NCBI RefSeq assembly: GCF_009914755.1
Contig: NC_060938.1
Length of the DNA: 64,000 nucleotides
Origin: the human T2T-CHM13v2.0 reference genome, Homo sapiens
Reading direction: 5' to 3' (one strand)
Part shown: piece after piece, positions 1-12,999 of the stretch
How the letters are laid out: each line of letters opens with the position of its first letter
Numbering within the stretch: position 1 is the stretch's first letter
Translations under genes and position numbers: made by a program
The notes under the pieces: model-generated
What the model was told of the DNA's origin: nothing
Databases searched by the model: none
Seen by the model: only the letters and a program-made list of their open reading frames with translations

Positions 1-202
1 CAAATATTTTGGTGCATGGGACTATACAGATTCTTCTAAAATCATAGTTTATATTTTAGTTGGTTGAAGAAATAAAACTATTTAATACATGTTGGTTTGT
101 TATTTGAAAAAGAATCTGTATACTTGCTGAATTTTTTATAATGAAATAGATTCTAGAGGTATTAGTAATTATTTAAACATTAAAATAAAATAAAACACTA
201 GA

Positions 203-1284
203 TATTGGGGGAACCAGCCCCCAATATTTTAACGTAAGTGCTTTCTATTTTCCCTAAGTGTTGGCTGGTCTGATAAATAAAGAGAAAGAGTACAGAGAGG
301 AATTTCACAGCTGGGCCTCTGGGGGTGACATCATGTATTGGTGGGACCATCATGATGACCCCAAGATGCAAAACCAGCAAGTTTTACTAGGGATTTTAAA
401 AGGGGAGGGGGTGTATGAACAGGGAGTAGGTCACAAGGATCACATGCTTCAAAGGGCCATAAAGATCACAAGGCAAAGGCAAAATTAGAATTACTGATGA
501 GGATCTATGTCCAGCTGTGCACGTATTGTTTTCATAAACATCTTGACAGGAAACAGGGTTCGAGAGCAGAGAACCGGTCTGACTAGAATTTACCAGGGTG
601 GAATTTCCCAATCCCAGTAAGCCTGAGGGTACTGCAGGAGACCAGGGCATATTTCAGTCCTTATCTCAACCGCATAAGACAGACACTCCCAGAGCAGCCG
701 TCTATAGACCTCCCCTCAGGAATGTATTCCTTTTCCAGGGTTATTCCTTGCTGGGAAAAGAATTCAGTGATATCTCTTCTACTTGCACATCCATTTATAG
801 GCTTTCTGCAAGAAGAAAGATATGGCTCTATTCTGCCCAACCATGCAGGCAGTCAGACCTTATGGTTATCTTCCCTGAAAATCGCTGTTATTCTGTTCTT
901 TTTAGGGGTGCACTGATTTCATATTGTTCAAACACACATGTTTTACAATCAGATTTCATATTGTTCAAACACACATATTCTACAATCAATTTGTACAATA
1001 GTGGTCCTGAGGTGACATACATTCTCAGCTTACGAAGATAACAGGATTAAGAGATTAAAGTAAAGACAGGCATAAGAAATTATAAGAGCATTATTAGGGA
1101 AGTGATAAATGTCCATGAAATACTCACAATTTATGTTCCAAGATTGCAGTAAAGACAGGCATAAGAAATTATAAAAGTATTAATTTTGGAAACTGATAAA
1201 TGTCCATGAAATCTTCACAATTTATGTTCTTCTGCCAGGGCTTCAGCCGGTCCCTCCATTCGGGATCCCTGACTTCCTGCAACA
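203..1284 (-). mobile_element. MER11 solo LTR (HERV-K11/HML-8, probably MER11B/C)
   Basis: Reverse complement begins TGTTGCAGGAAGTCAGGGATCCCG, like the MER11 5' end, and ends CCCCCAATA. Exact 6-bp TSD ACTAGA at 197-202 and 1285-1290. Typical internal repeats are present. Confidence 0.93.
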
Positions 1285-1564
1285 ACTAGAAGAAAAGACA
1301 CAGGAAGTCATTATATTTTTGAAGTGGGAAAGGCTTACTGAAGCAAGACACAAAGAACAGAACCTGTAAAGGAAACTTGTGACATCATAAAGTATTTAAA
1401 TATCTGCAAGATTAAAATGTATATATTATATATATATATATATATACACACACATTTTAATCACACATACAGGTATATGGATATAAAGATCTCAATATTG
1501 AGACACACAGAATCTCACACACACACACTATGTAAGTCATAGTTTTTTTTACTTTATTTTTAGA

Positions 1565-2490
1565 CAATGTTTTCCTAACAGTGCTCTGGATTTGATCTTT
1601 GCCTGGAAGCTATTTCTGAATTTGAAAATTGTTTGCCATTTGGATAATCTGGGAATGAAAAACGGTTTTATTTTGAAATCAGCAAATTTTGGCTCTTTTA
1701 TATTCAACCATCTGTTCATTAGCTAATCTCTCTCTTCATTTTATTATATGCAAATAGAAGAAGCCAGGTGGCACTTTCAATACTTTGCCTGAAATCTCTT
1801 TAGCCAGATATCCAGTTCATTAAGCACATTTTCTATTTTCTATGCTACCACAGGCCACAACATTGCTAAACTTTCTGCCAGGAAGTAACAACGGATTTCT
1901 TTTCTCTAATTTCCAATCACATTTTTCTCACTTTTTATTAGGTGCTCACCAAAAGCCTTTCAAGTCCCTTCAGCATTTTATCAATGATCTCAAGGTACTT
2001 CCAATATTTTTCCACTGCTGAATCTGAAAGACACTGCCACCTATTTAAAATTTGGGTCCATAGCATCCTACCTCTAGTATCCCAAATCTGTGTCAATAAT
2101 CTGTGACTATGTGACATGAAGCAATAGTTTTTTACTATTATCACTAAGGTTTCTGAGAGTTTATTAGGTTCAGCTAGGAAGTCCTTGCTCGGGAGTTTTT
2201 CACGCAGTTTTTTCAGATGGTGACTGAAAACAACTTGAAGGCCTTTCACATACATAGCTTTAGTTGCCTCTGGCTTTTGGCTGGGGTCTCCCCAGGTGCT
2301 GTTAATAAAATTTTCTGCACTTAGCCTCTCCATGTGTCCTGGGCTTCCTTGAAGCATTGTTTGTGTATTTCAAGGGATGGCATCTCAAGAGTGGAGCCAG
2401 ACAGTTTTTATGTTGCCTTTTGCGACCTAGCCTTGGAAGGCTTGCAATATCACTGCCACCACATTTTATTTGTTAAAAGTTAGTCACTGA
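1565..2490 (-). mobile_element. Old MaLR (MLT1-type) internal plus LTR remnant
   Basis: Degenerate similarity to MLT1 sequence, e.g. atcactgccaccacattttatttgttaaaagttagtcac near 2450-2490. Boundaries approximate. Confidence 0.4.
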
Positions 2491-3250
2491 GGAGACTTAC
2501 GGAATGGTGAAGAAAGGACCTATGAAAATCTGTTTCTCCATAAAGGCAGTAAGAACACTGGCAAAAGTTGTTAAGATCAACTTTTTCAATACTCTGGAAA
2601 CTAAACTAAGACCTGCAGCAGTCCAAGGAACGTTTATTCTAGAAAACTTGCTTCTCCTCAAGGACAGTGAGCTTTGTGGTTAACTTGCCCTATGTCCATT
2701 TCCTTTTCTTCAGATCCATGGCTGCTGTGAAAGCAGGCAAGCAACCACTAGGGGGGCTGACTGGGTAAGGAGCTTTTCCTAAAGCTCCATCTCCAGAGAA
2801 TTGTCACAATTTGACTTGTTTGTTGGTACCCCAGTAAAACCTCATACACAGGGCTGTTGTTATTTGATCTAAATCAGAGCTTGCTCAGTGGGAAAAGCTC
2901 TATTACTGAGTTGTTTGTTGGAAACAATCAATAAATAGCAATTGTTTAGTATTGCAGCTGCCTGAGGTGGAAATACCCATTGGGAAAAACGAGACTGGCC
3001 AAAAGACTTAAAAGAAAGCTCTTGGGAATGAGATATCTATAAAGAGCTTTGAAGAGGTCTGACATAATTCTGGGGGTATAAAAAACCACACACATGTAAA
3101 GGGGTGTGTACATGCTCCAGAAATCCTGAGAAGGCTCTAATCTCTTGCCTTTGGCTGGCCTTGGGTCCCTGTGTAAAAGTAAAGCCTAAGACAGAGTTGT
3201 AAACTGTGAGAACATTGAAGGAATGCCTCAATATATAGGTAAATCCCGGC
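2490..3250 (+). mobile_element. Ancient L1M (L1MC/MD-type) 5' region fragment
   Basis: Contains L1M 5'-end-like motifs: ctccataaaggcagtaagaacactggcaaaagttgttaagatcaactttttcaatactctggaaa. Confidence 0.6.
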
Positions 3251-3639
3251 CACATCCTGGTGTGTTTTGGTGACTTGAGGCCCTCCCTAGTTCATGGGAT
3301 TAACTGGAAGAGACTTCCTCACATTAATTATGCAATGAGCAGGTGTCCTTGTGCAGGAGTTGTGACCTGCAGAATTATTGCTACTTGGATAAGCCTACAA
3401 TTTACTTCTTTCATCCTTGGCTGAGAATTTCAATTTGCAATTGTCGGCAGAGAGAGGAAGAAACTGTTCCACTCGGGTTCAAGGAGCATACAGAGAGAAG
3501 GCAGGGAAGAAGGAACATGTGCAGCCTTTCAGTATGAGTAAAGTCAAGATTTGAAATGCACGTTCCCTGCCTGAGGGGCTCCAGAGTGTTGTGAGCCTCT
3601 GATCTTCACGGTAAAGAGGCCTATTGGAAGTTGGAGGTT

Positions 3640-4158
3640 ATTTTTATAATTTTGAACTTTTTATCAGTATTCTTTGGTGATTCTCATACCTTCCTTTAAT
3701 TCTATAGACATTATTTTTATTCGTCTTTGAAGATATTTATAATAGTTAATTTTAAGCCTTTGTCTAATAAGGGCAACATGTGAACTTCCTTTGGGACAGT
3801 TTCTATACATTCTTTTTTTCTTCTATCTATGGATAATACCTGTTTCTTTGAGTTCCCGTACATTTGAGTAGAAAAATGGGTTAAATATCATATGGCAGCT
3901 CAAGAAATCAGATCTCTGTCTTCCCATTTGTTGTTATTGTTATTGTTGCTACTACTGTTGCTCTTTATTTGACTAATAGCATTTCTGGAGTAATTCTTTC
4001 CAGGTTTTATTCCCTGTTGTGTGTACCGTTTAAAAGATACTGCTCAGTTAGCTTAGAGATCTGCTAATGATTGGAATGACTGGACAGATATTTTCTTAAT
4101 TGCTTTGAGCCAATATGCTTTCCACTCTTGGCTGAAGGGATTTATGTGTCTGTGTGTG

Positions 4159-4216
<58 letters not shown>

Positions 4217-4265
4217 CACATATTTTAAATTGTATTTTACTTTCACATTTACACATTCAGGAAAC
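3640..4265 (-). mobile_element. Ancient L1M 5' UTR/ORF1-proximal fragment
   Basis: T-rich antisense L1-like sequence (gatatttataatagttaattttaagcctttgtctaataagggcaacatgtgaacttcctttgggacagtttctat). Confidence 0.55.
4165..4214. repeat. (TA)25 microsatellite preceded by (TG)n
   Basis: Read directly from the sequence. Confidence 0.97.
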
Positions 4266-4809
4266 CACTCTGTGAAAAGGAAAGTCAGGGCCACCTTTAA
4301 GCAAAGGAAAGTAAGGGCCACCCGGCTCCCTCTTCCACCCTGTCTCAGCAGCACCATGCAGACTCAAGCTGGCGGTCATCCCAGGAAATTGTCCAGAGTC
4401 TCAACGGCCTTGGCTGTGGATGGCCTCTAAAACAGTTGCTGTGGCTTGCCCTGCACCAGGGACTCCCTCACTGCCTGGAAGCTGTGGTGTTGGAGGCTGT
4501 CTGGGCCCAGGATTTTATTGCTGGTAAACTTGGTTATCTACCTTCCGGTCACGTGGTCCAGGATGGTGGCATGATCAGAACTAGGTCCTGTGGTGCCCAT
4601 TTTGCTGAGATGAAAGGAATGGAAATGTGTAAACTGCACTGAATTCTGTGATGCTGGCATGTTCCCCCTGCAAGTCTTCATCCCTAAGGGGCAGGGGTGG
4701 GGAGGTCCTGGAGGATACAGGTAGAGACCCACTGCTGACCACCCAGGTGGGGCAAGTCAGGACTAATGTGCCCAAATCCACAGTGGCATGAGCCCCAAGA
4801 TGATGATTC

Positions 4810-5067
4810 TCCCCAAATTGATAATTGATTTAAAATTTCAATACAGGCTTTATCAAAATCATTGCTGCTTTTTTTTTTTGGTGGAAATTGTTAATTAAGC
4901 TGATCCTAAATTCGTGTAGAACTGCAAGAGATCCAGAATATTCATTAAAGTCTTGAAAAAGCCAAACAAAGTTGGAGGACTGACACTTCTCAATTTCATA
5001 ACTTATTGAAAAGTTACAATAATCAAGACAATGTGGTCCTGGAGTAAGGATAAACACACATGCGCGT

Positions 5068-5102
<35 letters not shown>

Positions 5103-5515
5103 AGTTGAATATAATTGAGGGCTCTGAAGTAAGCTCTTTTATTTATGGGCAGCCAATTTTTGACAAAAGTGTCAAGGCAATTCAAAAGGAGAAAGAACAG
5201 TCATTTCAACAAATGGCTCTGAGACAACAGCTATACAAAAAAGGACAAGGCTGGACCTCAACTTCAAACCACATAAAAATTTAACTCAAAATGGATTATA
5301 GACCTAAATATAAGAACTAAAAATGTAAGACTCTTAGAAAAAAATACTGTAATAAAACTTCATGATTCCTTTTATACAGCACCAAAAGGAAAAGTGACAA
5401 AGGAAAAAAATAGAAAAATTGGACTGCATCAATTTAAAAAATCTTGAATGCTTCAAACAACACCTGCAAGAAAATGTAATGATAACTCATAGAATGGGGG
5501 AAAATATTTCTTACA
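4810..5515 (+). mobile_element. Old L1M ORF2 3' fragment
   Basis: L1 ORF2-like sequence (aacaaagttggaggactgacacttctcaatttcataac; taactcaaaatggattatagacctaaatataaga), interrupted by (CA)n. Confidence 0.75.
5054..5101. repeat. Alternating purine-pyrimidine tract including (CA)16
   Basis: ACACACATGCGCGTG followed by (CA)16C. Confidence 0.95.
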
Positions 5516-7671
5516 TATACATCTTTTCACACTGATCAGCATACCCTAGCTAACTTCATGTATAGATTTAACTAGAGTTTGTCCTTTAATGTATTTTTAA
5601 AAGACATAAACCAAATGGTAGCATAAGTTGGAAATGTTTTAAAATGTACTTTGGAGTAGTTTTAGCTATTATATTTATGCCAGTTGAAACGATGTAAAAG
5701 GTGTACAGATAGCCTTTATTAATAGCATATCACAGTAGGAGCTGAACTGGATGCTTTGCATTTCTTTTCTGCCTTGCTATATTTAATACAAATAAAATGC
5801 ATATATTTCACAAAAAAACAGTATTTTGAAAAACTCTGCATGATGCATATTTTGTTCAAGCCCATTATTTCCAGAAATACACATTAACACTTCAGCTTTA
5901 TTTGGTACTTTTAAAATAATAAAATGGGGATAAATTGAAACCTAAGAATAATCCTTTAGATAAGTATGAAATATTAAAGATATAGGTTATTAATGACTAA
6001 TTTAGAATAGTGTGAAACAGTACTCCTAAGCAACTCTTAACTAATTCTCAAATGCAACTCTTACTAATTTTGAAAAACAAAAATCCAACCAAGCATTTCA
6101 GGACATGTGTTTTTCATGAAGCATCATTACCAGAAGATATAATTCCTGATATGCTAAATATCGCAGCATTTGTATATTGCACAAATTATTTTCATGGATG
6201 AGATGATCAATTGAAATGATTATTATAAAGTAGTTAATTAGCTACTGTAGATAAATAATATCAATATAGTTAAAATGTGTAGAGATCAGGATATTATAGT
6301 ACATTAATTTTTAATTTCAACATTGATCTAGTGTTGGAATCCCAACTCTTCTTTACTGTGTGATGGATATAGTTTCATCCTCCTGGAAAGTGACTTACAG
6401 AAAGGATTTCACTTTGTCTGGCACATCAAGATTCACACAGCCTCTCCTAATTATAACAGTGGCAGTTCCTCATCCAATCAGTAGCACAGTGAATCAGACA
6501 CTATCTCTTGACTACAGCTGCATGGATCTGTCAGCTCCAAACTTGTTAAATCTCAGTGTTCTGACTGGTATTCTCTTCTCTATTTCTTAAACAAAGTCTA
6601 ATTTTAATTAAGATTTAAGCTATGGTAAAACTTAGGTTGTGATTTGTATGCTACTCACCTGTTAATTATCCAACAGGCAGGATAACTTTTAAATTTTTGA
6701 AAGAGCAGAGGACCAATGCTACTAAATTAATACTGTACATATGTCTTCATAATAGAACTATTTTCATAATAGTTGAAATTTTGGAAAATTTCCAAAGTTG
6801 AATGTTGGAAAATTTTTTTTTCATTTCAGTTTACTATATCTGAATCAAATTGAAGTCTGTATACATTTTTATATAGAATTAAAGGAATCCAATTACTTAA
6901 TGAACGAAGATCTATTGAATGCCAAATGCTCAGTTCTGCTCTAGTATTTTCCAGATGTGTAGGGGGACATAATCAGGAATAGATGTGGGAAAATCTAATT
7001 TGGGAGATAAAATGTGTACATGTTAGAAGATAACTAAAAACTCAAGACACTATAATAATCATAATTTAATTGGTGTACACAATTAGAGATATAAAAAATT
7101 GGAGGAAAGTAATAGTTCCTTAAATTTAGATGGTGAAACACACCTTACGGAAGAGGTTTCAATTATAAATTCAAATGCCATCCTCATTTCTTCTTCTAAG
7201 ATACTGCTAATATCTGACAGGAAACTTGTTTTTTAATTTCTGTTTCCACAGTGGCCCTTCTTTACTTGTCTTTTCCAGTGCCTTGCAATCTGCTGGAATG
7301 GATAAGTTCCACTTTACAATACAAAGTTTAGACAGAAATATTTATATCCATCACCAGTGAGGCACAAAATTAGACTCTCAACATATTAAATAATGACTGA
7401 TGTGGAGGCACACACATATAGTGACTTTTATCCAGGTAGTTCCTGAAACCTCAGGTTGGAGACATTTAACAAGCTTTAGCAGCTCTAATAGGAAGAAAGT
7501 GGAAGTCAGATTTTCTTGTCCTTTATTTGCTCTCAAAGAGCAAACATATGTCTTATTTGAGTGTTTTCTATAGTTTCTGTAACTACCTTAACTAGATAAA
7601 TATTACTTTCTTTGTTTGACAGGCTTGAAGGTCTGCAGCCCATGCTAATTTGTTTCCATTTCACATCACCT

Positions 7672-8205
7672 CTTTTTTTTAATGATACAAAATAGCTGTA
7701 CATGTTTTTGTGGTATAGGTGATGTTTTGGTACATGTAAATAACATGTAATGATCAAATCAGTGTAATTGAAATGTCCATCACCTTAACTATTTTTTCTT
7801 TCTGTTGGAAACATTCCAGTTCTAGCTATTTTGAAATATACAATAAATTATTGTTAACTATAGTCACCCTAGTGTACTATCAAACACTAGAACTTATTCC
7901 TTCCAACTGTATTTTTGTACCCATTAAGCAGTTTTTCCTAATTACCCACCCCTTTTCAGCCTATGGTAACTGCCACTCTCTACTTCCATGAGATCGACTG
8001 TTTTAGCTCCCACTTATTGTCTTTCTGTGTTTGGCTTATGTCACTTATGGTAATAACCCCCAGTTACATCTACGTTGCTGCAAATGGAAGGATTCCATTC
8101 TTTTAATGGTTGAATAATCTTTCACCACATTTTTCTTTATCCATTCATTCACTGATGGGCACTCAGGTAGATTCCATGTCTTCTTGGATACTGTGAACAG
8201 TTAAT
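7672..8205 (-). mobile_element. L1MA 3' end (5'-truncated)
   Basis: Poly-T, then antisense L1MA 3' UTR (taatgatcaaatcagtgtaattg; tagctattttgaaatatacaataaattattgttaactatagtcaccc). Confidence 0.85.
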
Positions 8206-9144
8206 ATGTTACCTTTTGATGGAGAATTGAAAACTACTTCTACTTGTTTCTCTTGGTCTTGCCTGGCATGTCTTATGCCCTCAAGATGTTTGGCATTACA
8301 CTTAAGTCTTTCTGAGGAGGAAAAGATTGGATGAATAATCATAGTAAGTTATTATCTGACCATAACTTTCCACATACAGGATGCTTTTCACATTTATTTT
8401 ATCTTATTCTTCAAATGTTATTCCTTTCCCTTGGCAATCTATTAAAAATTGAATCTAATATTATAATAGTGTGATCTTTCTTTTCTATGGCACCAAACAT
8501 TGCTATATTTACTATTTTGTCATATTGGTGTGTAATTAACAAATCATAGCATTTTAATTATTATAACTAATAAATATATTCTATAGACACTAATCAGATG
8601 TGGAATAAGTGATTTATGTTTAGTTAGACATTAGCAAAACTCTCTACATATCGTTAAAGTTTCTGTCACTCAAATTAGGTTAAAGGGGTACGAAAACAAT
8701 ATTGCCTTGACCCAGTGCTGGAAAAATAATAAATAGTTCAGTAGATATAAAATCAAATCAGAAGAAAAGTCATTTTTAACCTTGTTAGTGGGATAACTTT
8801 TACTGACTGGGGAGATTCAGCTGGACACTTGGGAAATATAGGAGCACAGAGCTTGCAACTGGCAAGTGAAATAGGAAAGACACAAATCAGAGTTAAGATG
8901 CTGGGTCATCAGTGGGCTTGTTCTAAGGTAAATGATAAGGAAGTCATTGAGATAAGACAGAGTACAAAGTAAAAGGGACCTTAAGCCAGACAGATGAGAG
9001 GCCTGTGTACAGGCAAAAGGAAAAATATGGGCTGAGGAACTTGTTAAAGAATGATGATATAGAGCAGTTTAAAAACACTAGGTTCGATCTTTTAATACTG
9101 CTTTTAAAAAAAGTTGTTCTTAATAAATTAACATATCTCCTATT

Positions 9145-9370
9145 TAAGTATAAAAATAGGCAAAACTAATCTTCAATCTAGAAGTCAGGATGGTGGCGAC
9201 CTTTGTCAAGGAGCAGTTAATGACTGGGAGGAGGCATATGGGCTACTTCTGGTGGTGGTAATGTTCTGTTTTTCAATCTGGATGTCCTTACAGGGGTGTG
9301 TTCAGTTGGTGAAAAATTTTTTACATTTACCAGGTGTGCACTTTATATGCATATTTAATGCTATAACATT
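9145..9370 (+). mobile_element. L1ME 3' end fragment
   Basis: aggcaaaactaatc...agaagtcaggatggtggcgacctttg...ggtaatgttctgtttttcaatctgg is typical of L1ME 3' UTR. Confidence 0.6.
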
Positions 9371-10115
9371 TATATATTCATGTTATGTTTTATATATATT
9401 TTATATATTAATGTAATATTTATGTTACCATATTTTAAAAAAAGGGGTTTTTTGAAAGGTAAGGTAAGACACGAGTAGATTTAAAAGGAAATTCTCCTCT
9501 GCAGTGCATCAGTCCTGAGTGAATGGTTGGTAGGTACCTCTCAAGTGCTGGGAGATGAGCCAGTGCTGTAGAATGGCCTCTGTACTTGCCGACCAGCGCT
9601 GAGAGAGCCTCTGTGGGTCCTCTCCAGTCCACCTCTATGCTTCACCTTATGTTAGTAGTCTTAGCACCTAATTAAATACTAATAAGGAGAAAGCTTCATC
9701 ATTGTGTAGTGGGGTGGATAAACAAAATACAACAATGGCTTTGATGTGTCTCCACCCCTGGTACTGAGGTGGGATATCTTCAAATGCTAGCTCATCTTGT
9801 TCAAAATAGATTTGGCTAACAGTATATATTTGCAACCCCTGATTGAAAAGAAAGTGATAGTCTTTTGCCTCTAGATCCTTTTGTGGTCATGGTGGTTGTT
9901 TTAAATCATGGACACATGATTAAAATGTTTAAGGTGGGTCTTAGTAGCTGCACTCTATCACCAGGATCTGAGTTTTATTGCTGCTCTCTTCCCGCAGTGT
10001 TTGTGCTTCACATTACAATCATGCTCTCATTGATCCTATCTTCAAAATGCTATTATATCAGGAGTGAAGTCTTTATTTCTCATTAGCTTATTCCTTCAGA
10101 TAAGATGAGATGTAG

Positions 10116-10620
10116 TGTGACAGTTAATTGTACGTGTTAATTTGACTGGACAAGGGATGCTGACATACCTGGTCAAATATTATTCCAGGTGTGTTTGTGT
10201 TTAAGATGAGATGAATATTTGAACTGACATAATGAGTGGAGCAGATTTTCCTTCCTAATGTGGTGATCCTTATCTAATCAGTTGACGGCCTGAATAGAAC
10301 AAAAAGATTAATCTTCCAAAGAGTAAGGAAGGAACTCCTCCTGCCAGAGCATTTGAACTAAGACATAAGTCTTTTCCTGCCTCAAACTATAATGGAAACA
10401 TTGGCTCTTTTTTGATCTTGAGCCTACTGGCTTTTGAACTGGAACTTACACCAACAGCTCTCCTGGGTCTCCAGCTAGCCACCTGCAGATCTTGAAACTT
10501 CTCAGCCTTCATAAATGCATAAGCTGATTTCTTATCCTCTCTTCTCTTCCCCCTCCTCTCTCTCTCAACAGAGAGATAGCTCCATTGGTTGTGTTTCTCT
10601 GGAAAACCTTAACTAACACA
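10116..10620 (+). mobile_element. MLT2 solo LTR (ERVL; MLT2C/D-like)
   Basis: Starts TGTGACAGTTAATT...TTGACTGG and ends tctctggaaaaccttaactaacaca. Flanks TGTAG/CATAG look like a decayed 5-bp TSD. Confidence 0.85.
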
Positions 10621-12589
10621 CATAGTCTATATGGTCTAGTAGCTACAGTCTCAACAACTATAGCTTATTTATGTAGAGACAAGGGTGACGGGACAAGTTT
10701 ATGATAGCTAAAAAAAACAAAGTCAAAATATTATTCTGGCTAGAGTGTAGTAACCAAGGTTGACTATATTTTATCTGTAATACCTTTTATTTTAAAATAC
10801 AACTATATGAGCTATTTTACAAAGAAAATACAAACAACATACATTTAATAGGGAAAAAAATCTCCCATACTCAGGTTCACACTTGTGTCAAATTGATGTC
10901 TTTTATTTCAGCCAAGTTTAGAAAATCACAAACAAAATTTAAAAAAGACAATACTTTCCTCCAGTGCACATGCTGCTAAAGGAAGGAGAACTTGGTTCTT
11001 CTGTCATAGAGCAGATGAGCGTTTGGTCATCCCTATTAAAAGAAGTTGGACTGACAGGTAGAGTGACCCATTTGAGAAAGAGTGGGGTCAGGAAAGGACT
11101 CTGCAGGCTATTTAGACCTCACTAGCAGGGAGAGTGAGACTTAGTGGTGCTAGTTATCTATTTTTAATAAAGTCAAGTACTTCCACCCTGGTGTGGGCAG
11201 TATTTATTCTATCATTTGGCTGTTTTAGAGAAAAATGGCTTCAATGTGTTCTTATTCAGGATAAAGAGAAGTCAATTTAAAATTTCAACTTATACTGGAA
11301 AGGCTTCAAATACCAAGCCTAGAAAACTTTTTAGTCTTTTTTAGGAAAAAAAAAAAAAGGAAAGACAAGAGAATCACCTATTTGATCTAAGTTATAAAAT
11401 GTACTCTTGAATTTAGAGCTTATGCAGGGAATGTGTTAGCTAACTTAATGAATGCATATACATAAGGAGTGGTACATTACCTTGTTGATTTGTAAAAGTT
11501 TTTAACTACATGTTAATTAACTGAAGTCAATGCTTTAGCTAACTCCCTGGCTATAGTACTGAATGCAGCTACAAAAGGCAAAGAGCCCCAAACAGAAACT
11601 AACTAACCTCTAAGGACATCTAACCAAGTCTACTTAATTGTAACAATATCAAATGTTACACCAGTTTAATAGACTTTGTAACTTTTCAGTGAATGTTAAT
11701 CAAATATTTTTACAGAGAACTTGCTTAGTGTCATAGGATATATTGTATTATTCAACTCAAAATTATAAAATTATTCTTTGGGTGGACAGCATAATTATTA
11801 GAACATAATCTTATAATATTTTCTCATTCATTTAGAGCCTTTATACCTAGAAATGCTAAGAAAACAGATTCCACTTAAAATATCTCAATGTTTTTAGAAC
11901 ACAGGAGAGTGTTAGACTTTACAATTTTTGACGTGGATAATTTATGGCTTGGAAGCTATTTATAAACATCACAGTAAAAACAATGGCATGCTATTACACC
12001 AGCAAGTAAGAAATATTTCTGTATCACACCCATAACCAATATCTTAAAGCAAAATTTTGGTCAATGGCTAGGAAAACACATTTTTCATTGAGTTTTTAAT
12101 GTACACAATTATAAAAGGCACTCACATTAAAAAAGCATCTGGCTAAAAACAACAAATGTGTTTTAGTAATCATCTACCTGAGGATGACCTCTAAGCTTTA
12201 TCTTTTGGACCAGCTACAGCATGAGGGAAGGCTAGGCACCTTGAATTAAGAGTTTTGAAGGTACTCTGGGTTCATCAAGAATGACCAACTGGCAAGACTG
12301 ATTTCCCAATATTTGCCTTGGAAAACTCAAGATGGACAAAGTGTGGCAGCAACTTTTTAAATTATAGATAAATTTTCTCAATTACTTAAAGAATCAGAGT
12401 TGTCTATGGCATTAAGTTCTTTGAATTTTCAGAGGACACCCTCAATGACGACATCAGAGTTTCTTCAGGGTTTGTGCAGAGGAATTTAAATCTAACATCC
12501 TGGTAGATTATGTGGTAAAGAAATAAATGGGCAATTGTCCCTTCACTGTGTAAATAGTACAGATTTAAAAGAAAAATTTAGATGAAGCT

Positions 12590-12860
12590 TGCAAAAGTTG
12601 ATAAAACACAGCAATGGAAAAGATGTAGAGAAGCAAGTATTTAATTATTCTATTAGTGGGAGTATAAAATAGTACAATTTTTAGGGAGCATAATCAAAAG
12701 ATATTAGTCAAAATCTATAAAGTGCAAATTCTTCAATTCCATTATTCTATTTCTTAGGTTTTATTCTAAAGCAATAATAAACAATTTTGTGTATTATTAA
12801 TTAAAATAGTAAATTTGTAGACAATTTAAATGTTTCACCCCAGGAAATAGGAAACAAATA
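12590..12860 (+). mobile_element. Ancient L1ME fragment
   Basis: gatgtagagaagcaag...agtgggagtataaaatagtacaatttttagggagc resembles the L1 ORF2 3' end. Confidence 0.45.
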
Positions 12861-12999
12861 GTATAGCAACATGCTGTTATAAAGCTGGTATATTGATGAG
12901 GATGTCAAAGTTATGTTAAAAAGGGTAAGGCCACACTGGCTTGAAAGCTACTGGACTAGACTTAAAAAACAAAAGCAGGATAGGAAAAAATTCTTTCTG

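Noticed and set aside
2745-2758. CTCF-like motif CCACTAGGGGGGCT
   Set aside because: It mismatches at a key core position and lies inside an old L1, so it cannot be supported from sequence alone.
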